From the NCBI GenBank assembly GCA_029953675.1, contig JAMWBK010000001.1:3100001-3164000 (forward strand): DNA of 64,000 nt. The letters run 5' to 3'. A model generated the notes under the pieces. That model saw only the letters and a program-made list of their open reading frames with translations, was not told where the DNA came from and made no database searches. Both the position numbers and the translations under genes were made by a program. This stretch comes from Rhodosorus marinus CCMP1338. Taxonomy: Eukaryota > Plantae > Rhodophyta. Positions 56,286 to 64,000 of the stretch are shown piece after piece. Position 1 is the first letter of the stretch; each line of letters begins with the position of its first letter.

Positions 56286-57401
56286 TCAGCAGCAAGCGCC
56301 TGGAGCAGAAGACTCTTGAGTGGAGGCTGAAGGGGTGCAGTCGAAGAGTCCGTAGTGGACGTCACGAGATCCTACGATCCGAAAGTACTTCCCGAGCCAG
56401 CTTTCTCCAACCATTGACGCGGAGTTTCCGCACACTCTGACAGGAAGATTGCGCTCGAAAAGATGATGATCATCGAGCCTGTAGGCGTTTGCGTTTCCCT
56501 CTATCCCACCTTCGTAGATGGCAATCTGACCATAGTCCTCGCACAGCGTTTCCAGCTCTGGAAGCTTGAAGCAACGGAACAAAATGCTGTAAAACTTTGC
56601 TTCGCCTAAAATATCCGCCAGGCCCTCGTCTGTGACCTCGATTGGGCAGCAGCTCATCATCCGCGGATCGGTGAAACCGGCATTGTGGCAGAGTCTCTTA
56701 AAATCTTCAATATACAATGCTCCGGCCAAGCACTCTCCTAAAAGAACCTCGTGTTTACGAACATGTTCGGGTAGTCTCCGAGAGCAGTACACGTCAGAAA
56801 AGTAGAGCTCACCACCCCACTTCAAGCTGGCATACACTTCGGAGAGCACTCGCGGCTTGTCTGGAGACAGGTTTATCACACAATTCGAGATTACGAGATC
56901 CATGGATTCCCTTTCAATACCAGCCTTCTCCAAGAACTCAATGTAACCGGGCACGAAGCGAAGGTTCGGTTTCGGGTACCCAAGCTGCCTTGTGTACTCA
57001 GATACATGAGTCTTTGCTACCTTGAGCTGTTCTTCGGTCATATCAACTCCGGTCACTGTTCCGGTCGGGCCAGTAAGTGCAGCCGCTACATAGCAATCGC
57101 GGCCGCTCCCACATCCGAGGTCCAACACGTTGAGGCCCTCAATTCCCGACGGCAGTGGGGTCCCACATCCGTAAAACTTCTCCAGAACTTCCTCGGGAAC
57201 CTTGACAAGGCGATCGCGGACGTACTTGGGCGGTGAATCAGCAACACAACACGCGGTTGTCTTCAGGTCAGACGTGGAAGACAGAACTTTCCCATAGTAC
57301 TCTTGCACACGCGCGTAAATTACCCCAGGATCTTGAAAATGCTGAGACCCAATCCCGTTCGAAGTCGATCCATTCTTATTCTCCGCTGTTAGATTAGTCA
57401 T
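56286..57401 (-). CDS. arsM: Arsenite (As(III)) S-adenosylmethionine methyltransferase
   Basis: VQEYYGKVLSS..DLKTTACC, FYGCGTP, VLDLGCGSGRDCY, GVDMTEEQL, GYIEFL, ISNCVINLSPDK, GECLAGALY. All four canonical cysteines present; C-terminal CC. Confidence 0.96.
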   Translation of the reverse strand: MTNLTAENKNGSTSNGIGSQHFQDPGVIYARVQEYYGKVLSSTSDLKTTACCVADSPPKYVRDRLVKVPEEVLEKFYGCGTPLPSGIEGLNVLDLGCGSGRDCYVAAALTGPTGTVTGVDMTEEQLKVAKTHVSEYTRQLGYPKPNLRFVPGYIEFLEKAGIERESMDLVISNCVINLSPDKPRVLSEVYASLKWGGELYFSDVYCSRRLPEHVRKHEVLLGECLAGALYIEDFKRLCHNAGFTDPRMMSCCPIEVTDEGLADILGEAKFYSILFRCFKLPELETLCEDYGQIAIYEGGIEGNANAYRLDDHHLFERNLPVRVCGNSASMVGESWLGKYFRIVGSRDVHYGLFDCTPSASTQESSAPGACC

Positions 57402-59409
57402 CTTCGAAAAAAAGCACCAACACAGCTGAAGTAGTCAATCTGCTTTCCCAGCGTTCCAGCGTTCCGAACGAGAAGACTCCTTTCCAATGGCTCTCTCTCC
57501 TATAGCTAGTTGATAGGACAAGCTTCGCATACCCTACTCTAGAGCACGTACTCCACCCAGTGACGCCCGAAGACTGTCTTCACTTTTCCTAAATCTGCCA
57601 GCGCGCTGACGCTCCCAACACCTCTCAAAGAGCTAAGAAAAACAAGTTTCCTTCCGAAAATCTTTCAAAAGCTTATCCTCCTGAGCCTCTTGTGGACTTG
57701 GCTACAATCGCTTTCTCCTGCAATCCCGTCCACAGTGACTGCAGCGAAGCCTATCGCACCCACTATTCTAAATGCCGTTGGGCACACTATCCAACAGCCT
57801 CCAACTCCTCAACCAACTCTTTCATCTGAAAAGGTCCCCCCCTTCCCCCTAAAATCCATCCCTCTTTTTTCACCGAAGCTCCTATCCGAAGATGTTTTAC
57901 ATTTTGTTTATTGATCTTTAACTCAAAAACCAAAATACTTCTTTGTGATGAGATGCGATGACCCCCAGGGCGAAAGAAGAGCAATAAAAATAAATAAAAA
58001 AAAGTTATAAACTATTTTGCACGATGGGGTCGAACTAGTGGATCCATTATGATACATTTTCCTTTCATCCATCCGATCATGAGGCAGGACACTCGATTGT
58101 GCACCATATTCGGCTTCGTCAGTCAAAATGGCTGATTCTCTCTTCCGTTCCTCTTGAGTAGAAAAGCAAAAAGATTGCTACTCGGCTTGTGAACGTGAAT
58201 ATCGAAGTCCTTGAATTCCACGATACTACCTAAGTTTTGAAAGACTCTTCCGAATTATTTGAATTAATGAGATTTAAGTGCCAGTTTTCTGCGAATGAGT
58301 CTAGAATTAATGATACTAATTTCTCTCGCTTAAATTTTTCGAGGGATCACCTCCCAAGAGGGTCGTTGATTTGAGTAGAAATGGCCCTTGGGCCAAATGG
58401 AAAATAAAATTTTGAAATATGGAAATAACTTCCGTTGTACAAGGTTTCAGAGGAACAACAGCCGTTGGAGCCGTTTGCTGGTTGGAAGACTATGGCGAAC
58501 TTTGATCAAGAACAATTTCTCCTTCTTCCAATCAAATCTTCAACACGTGTCCTTGAAAGACTTCCAAAACACCCCTTTCTATGACCCACTCAAGGTTGAG
58601 AGTCGCGAGCAATCTTAAGAAGTCCTGATGATTGCGCCCGAAACCATCTTGCCTCGAGTGGTGCCGGTTTGAGCGACCTCTAAAGGACCTGGAGCTAATC
58701 GTCTTCATCACCGTATTTCTTATTTACGACCTTCAGCAAAACCTCATTCCTATCAGGACAGCTATTTGCGTCTTGTCTGTTTTCCCGGCTCATACGAAAA
58801 CACAATAGCAAATGGCCTTTGACCCGCTCACTTCGTAGTACGCTACTAGAGGTCAATACGGTTAGATGTGCAGAACGAGGTCCGGCGATGGTGAGGGCAA
58901 AACAGGGCAACCAATGGGCGTTCGTAGCCCTAGAAAGTGCTCCTTACGTTGCTATGTCCTCGTAGATAAAGTTCTGGAGAGGCGCCTCCCCTAGGCTCGC
59001 GGAACACCACTGAACATCCTGAGGGATCTCCGGCGACAATTCAGCTCAAATGAGGTGGAGTAATACACGACGCTACCGACGGAGCGGTAGGTGTTCAGGT
59101 CAACGTGGCACCCGGGGACCAATGCAGCAGTGAAACTCCGGAACCGCATGGTGCAGGAACTCAAGCTACGCTGTATGTGAGATCCAGGGGAGGTCCGATT
59201 CGTCCACCGGACTTGTTCGCCCTCCCGGCGAGCACGGCGATGCAGTTTCGAGTCAATCGCATAGCTTTTGAGGCTACTTTTTGAGCCACTTAACATTATT
59301 TCAGTTCGAATCAAAGGCATCGACCGCGCTCATCCTTTTCACGCGTGTTTGGACCATCTTTCTGGGTAAGCACCTTGCAGCCGATTCAACTGAACAGTTA
59401 AATCATTCC

Positions 59410-59616
59410 TGTTAGAACTTGCCCTGACAGCTGCGTAATCTGTGTAAGACACTCCCTACTTTAGTGTAAGACGCTTGTGTGCTAGTATCCAACAGTTTCT
59501 ACTTTACTGTCAGGTACGTCTTAGTTTACAGCAACCAAGACTATATGAGACCTAGCTTTGCTAGATCTTGAGACCTAGAATTAAGCAAAGACAAGTTGGT
59601 TAGAAGAGTTCCAACA
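59410..59616 (+). repeat. 5' LTR of Ty3/gypsy element (207 bp)
   Basis: Begins TGTTAGAAC and ends GTTCCAACA (8/9-bp terminal inverted repeat), followed after 1 nt by TGGTCTCATC (PBS position). The 3' LTR is outside the window, so this is unconfirmed by a second copy. Confidence 0.7.
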
Positions 59617-59705
59617 GTGGTCTCATCACTCAAAGGGTTAAGAGGATACGAACGGAGGGAGGGGCGATCTAGCGGAAGCAGGAGGACTCGAGTAGCCAAC
59701 TTCAA

Positions 59706-61123
59706 ATGACTACGTTTACTATACCCCCGCCCGAGGCTTACGACGGCAAGCGGGATTTCGTCAGGATTCAGACGTTCGTGGCCTCACTGCGTGGCTACCT
59801 GAACTTCCATCACGTAGCAGACTCCGGCCGCCAGTCAGTCCAGTACGCGGGACTGTTTTTGAAGGCCCAGGCCCAGGTCTGGTACCAGGGTCTTCGGCAG
59901 GCGGCGGATGGCATCCCGGAGGCACTGGACTCTCTCGAAGATTTCGGACAGGCCCTGCGAGGACAGTTCGAACCTCACGACCATATCGAGCGAGCCCGGG
60001 CCAAACTGCCCAGCGCTCGACAACGCAGCTCTGATGTCACCCGTTATGTCGACTATCTCAATGAACTTTTCATGCAACTGGGCGAGTTCATCAGCGACTC
60101 TGAAAAGCTTGAGCGTTTTAAGGCGGGCTTGACTGGTCGTGAGGTTCGAACTGTCCTCGCAGGGCCTGTTCGAAATCTTCGAGAGAGTCCAGTGCCTCCG
60201 GGATGCCATCCGCCGCCTGCCGAAGACCCTGGTACCAGACCTGGGCCTTCAAAAACAGTCCCGCGTACTGGACTGACTGGCGGCCGGAGTCTGCTACGTG
60301 ATGGAAGTTCAGGTAGCCTCGCAGTGAGGCCACGAATGTCTGAATCCTGACGAAATCCCGCTTGCCGTCGTAAGCCTCGGGCGGGGGTATAGTAAACGTA
60401 GTCATTTGAAGTTGGCTACGAACCTCACGACCAGTCAAGCCCGCCTTAAAACGCTCAAGCTTTTCAGAGTCGCTGATGAACTCGCCCAACTGCATGAAGA
60501 GTTGATCGAGATAGTCGACATAACGGGTGACATCAGGGCCGCGTTGTCGAGCGCAGGCCCAGGTTTGGTACCAGGGTCTTCGGCAGGCGGCGGATGGCAT
60601 CCCGGAGGTACTGGACTGTCTCGAAGATTTCGAACAGGCCCTGCGAGGACAGTTCGAACCTCACGACCATATCGAGCGAGTCCGGACCAAACTGCGCAGC
60701 GCTCGACAACGCGGCCCTGATGTCACCCGTTATGTCGACTATCTCGATCAACTTTTCATGCAGTTGGGCGAGTTCATCAGCGACTCTGAAAAGCTTGAGC
60801 GTTTTAAGGCGGGCTTGACTGGTCGTGAGCGAGACTTCGTCTATTATGGTCGACCCAAGACCTATGAAGAAGCGAAAGCAATCGCATTAAGCCTGGCGGG
60901 TGCCCACGAGATGCCGAAGGAAGCGACGAAGGGATCCTCGGATCAACCAAGAAGCAAGCCCCGCACAACGTCACCGCGTCGACCACACACTCGAAGCATG
61001 GGAGCGCCGCCAACCTGCTACCTGTGTCGAGAGATAGGACACGTTAAACGAGACTGCCCCCAACGACTGGCATATTTGCAGGCGGAGGTGGCACGCTTGT
61101 CGAGCCTGCAGGAGGAAAACTGA
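59706..61123 (+). pseudogene. gag: gag, disrupted by forward/inverted/forward triplication
   Basis: ATG 59706. Forward copy to 60143; inverted copies 60134-60419 and ~60419-60554; forward copy resumes ~60555 and ends at TGA 61121-61123. Confidence 0.9.
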
Positions 61124-61140
61124 CGGACTTCGGACGAGGG

Positions 61141-64000
61141 ATGCCGTCCGAGAGTCCAACGACCAGCATCCCAACCGTTGGGTTACAGCAACGGGGTAAT
61201 GCAAGCCTAACTGCAATAGGCGTGGTGGCGGCGGAACCGGTGGAATGTCTCATCGACACCGGTGCGGTGACGGCAATTAGAGAGGACGTTGCGAAAGTCG
61301 CCAACCTACCGAGGTACGACGAGCCACGGACATACGGGTTGGCTGTCGGTGAGGAGACCGTGATCAGCCCCGGAGTGACGGAGACAACGATCACACTCCA
61401 GGGACGACAATTCAAGACGAAGCTGCGAATATTCAAGTACCTAAGCCACGATGTATACTTAGGTCTCGACCTCTTGAGGCAACATCGAATAACTATTGAT
61501 TGTAGCGCGGAGCCCCTACAGCTGGTACTGGGAGCGGAAGACACCAGCATGCGTGGGATAACAAGTATGGAAACTGAGGAAGAAATAGGGGAGAGGTCTG
61601 GCGCGGTCATCCGGAAAGAGGAAGGCCTAGAGAAAGGCGGAAAGGACCAGGTTGCCGACCAAGGAAAGAGGTTTGGTACGGTCATCCGGAAAGAGTTTCC
61701 CCAAGTTTTCCAAGATACATTGCCGTTGCCACCGAAGAACCGGCAACGAGATGCACTCAAAATCGAATTGGAACCAGTCGCGAGTACACCAGCTCAACGC
61801 GCATATTCGATGTCACGGGTCGACCGAGAGCGGCTACAAGGAGAATTGCGCGACTTGGAAGAGCAAGGATTTATCTCACGGAGCAGAAGTCCGTATGCTG
61901 CACCTGTGTTGTACGTGGACAAAAAAGACGGTGGGCGACGCCTCTGCATCGACTATCGCCGGTTGAACCGGATCACCGTGCGAGAAAGAACGACCCCGCC
62001 TAGAGTGGAGGAGCTATTGGATACCCTGAGCAGCGCTCGGGTTTTCACAACGTTAGACCTTTGCTCGGGATATTGGCAGTTGCCAATTGAACAAGCATCA
62101 CGCGAGAAGACGGCCTTTGTCACGTGCTTCGGACAATACCAATGGAATGTCATGCCGTTTGGGTTGAAGAATGTGCCCTCGGCATTCATCCGCTACTTGA
62201 CGGACGTATTATATGATCTTCTCAACCAGTGCGTGGTGTTATACGTTGACGACATTCTGGTATATTCCCCAGAGGACATACAACACCAGGACGATGTTCG
62301 AAAGGTGCTACGACGCCTCGAGCAGCATCAGTTGATCGTCAAATACTCGAAGTGCGGTTTTGGATTACGCCAAGTTTGCTACCTAGGCCAAATCTTGGCG
62401 GGAGGCACTCGACGTCCCGATCCGGAGAAGGTCAAAGCAATTCAGAATTGGAGGACGCCACCGACGGTTAAGGAGCTACGGGCCTTCATGGGTTTCGCGA
62501 ACTTCTTGCGCCCCTTTGTACCACACTTCGCCCAAGTGGCGGCGCCCCTCCACAGGCTAACGAAGAAGGACCAGAAGTGCGGTTGGCACGCGGACGAACA
62601 ACAAGCCTTTGATGGGTTAAAATCCGCCATATCAGCAACCACCATGCTGTACATGGTTGATCCGATCCTCCCCTTCACCGTGCAGACGGACGCGAGCGAC
62701 ACCGGGGTGGGTGCTATCCTATTCCAGACCCGCCAGGATCAGGAGGTGCCCGTGGCGTATATGTCCCGATCCTTCAATAGTACCGAGAAACGCTACAGTA
62801 CGTACGATAAAGAACTCTATGCCATCGTCCTGGCCATCCGCAGGTGGTCCGTGTATCTTGATGGGCACCACCAGTCTCTAACGGCAGGCCATTTCGGCGA
62901 ACAAGCTACTAACCGTGTGGTGCGACGACGCTATTACTGGCCTACCATGAGGAAAGACATTTTCACGCGCGTACAACAATGCGAGATATGCGCCCGTGAA
63001 CAACCGCTTCGGCGCAACCAGGGCGAGCTGCAACCGCTCGCAATTCCGGAGAATCGCGCGGTCGACTGGACTATGGACTTCATCACAGGCTTTCCCAGTA
63101 TCGCGGGTAATGACGCTATACTAGTTGCGGTCGATCGACTCACGAAGTACGCCGAATTTATCCCGACGACGAAAATGGTAACCGCGGAAGGAGTGGCAAC
63201 ACTTATCCTGCAACATATCGTCGCCTGGTTCGGATTGCCACGGAGTTTTGTCACAGATCGCGATCCAGTCTTCACGGCAAATTTTTGGCGCCACCTAATG
63301 AGACTAACCAGACACTTCAAATCATGCTGAGATGCTGCTCTACAAATCGCACGTGGGTGCAGAGCCTCCCGCTACTTCAGCTGGCGTATAACAATCATCC
63401 CTCAGCCAGCACGGGGTATTCACCATATTTCCTGTTAACAGGGGGGCATCCGCGGCTCCACTTGGATGTCTCACTACCTACCACGCAAATTGAGAACCTC
63501 CCCGATGCCGCTACTGCGTTCTCCCAACGACAACAGCGAATTCTTGCAGATGCACGCAAATCACTGACCCTGGCACAAGAATTATCTGCGGCATCCGCTA
63601 ATACCCACCGTCATGCGAAGGTGTTCCACGTCGGCGATTACGTCTATTTGTCAACGAAGAATCTCTCACTGGAGGGCCCAACCCCGCTTCCAACCTCGAT
63701 GGTTGGGCCCGTTTCCCGTGATCGAGAAACACTCTAACGTGGCATACACTCTGCAGTTACCGGATGAGATGCGCATACATTCGACATTTCACGTATCCTT
63801 GCTAAAAGGTGCCCCTACGTGTCCTCCGAATTCTCCGATGCGGATTATCCCTCTCCAATCGGATCTCTATTCAACGCTACCGATCCTGTCGGTATTGGGG
63901 GTCCGCCATGCGGCTAATGGGATCCGACAGTTCCTATGTTATCGCGAAAAGGAATCCTGGACTGATGCGACTTGGATACCCGAGCCGGACTACCCGACCG
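61141..64000 (+). pseudogene. pol: pol (PR-RT-RH-IN-CHD) with internal deletions and frameshifts
   Basis: ORF 61141..63330. RNase H jumps from YLDG directly to HQSLTAGHFG. Frameshifting deletion at ~63300 and a further frameshift near 63690. Confidence 0.9.

Larger units (their letters stand above)
59410..64000 (+). mobile_element. Defective Ty3/gypsy chromovirus (runs off the window end)
   Basis: gag with CYLCREIGHVKRDC; pol in the -1 frame after QEN*; protease LIDTGA; RT LCIDYRRLN, YVDDILVYS; RNase H TDASD, YDKEL; integrase GHFG..YYWP..C..C, MDF, VDRLTK, DRDP.F; chromodomain-like RQFLCY..DATWIPE at the end. Confidence 0.95.

Noticed and set aside
59220-59340. Chromodomain-like relic (FRVNRI...VRIKGID) before the LTR
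   Set aside because: Needs frameshifts, and there is no polypurine tract before 59410; insufficient to call a second gypsy element.
1-64000. Prokaryotic origin or canonical telomere arrays
   Set aside because: Spliceosomal introns and LTR/non-LTR retrotransposons indicate a eukaryote; no TTAGGG/TTTAGGG tandem arrays seen.

Overview
Eukaryotic nuclear DNA: short 83-148 bp GT-AG spliceosomal introns. Gene and TE content suggest a unicellular alga, probably a red alga (inference). Three zones. (1) ~0.7-22.4 kb: a dense nest of decayed RLE-type non-LTR retrotransposons (CRE-like; about five families, labelled A-E here, some with distinct microsatellite tails), a Ty1/copia fragment and a 10-bp minisatellite. 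Two intact host genes are embedded in it (a secreted Cys-rich protein and FHIT). (2) ~23.8-57.4 kb: host genes dominated by secreted proteins - three paralogous ~320-aa proteins, a 772-aa tandem FEA1/EfeO(imelysin)-like protein fused to a Hedgehog-type Hint module, a thermolysin-like M4 protease and an RTX beta-roll protein. These are followed by glutamate decarboxylase, a MOCOS-like PLP enzyme and arsenite methyltransferase. (3) 59.4-64 kb: a defective Ty3/gypsy chromovirus with a forward/inverted/forward gag rearrangement and internal pol deletions. The top candidate for an undescribed system is the spliced imelysin x2 + Hint fusion, a putative self-cleaving iron-capture protein. All calls come from reading motifs by eye; no database searches were run, and TE boundaries are approximate.
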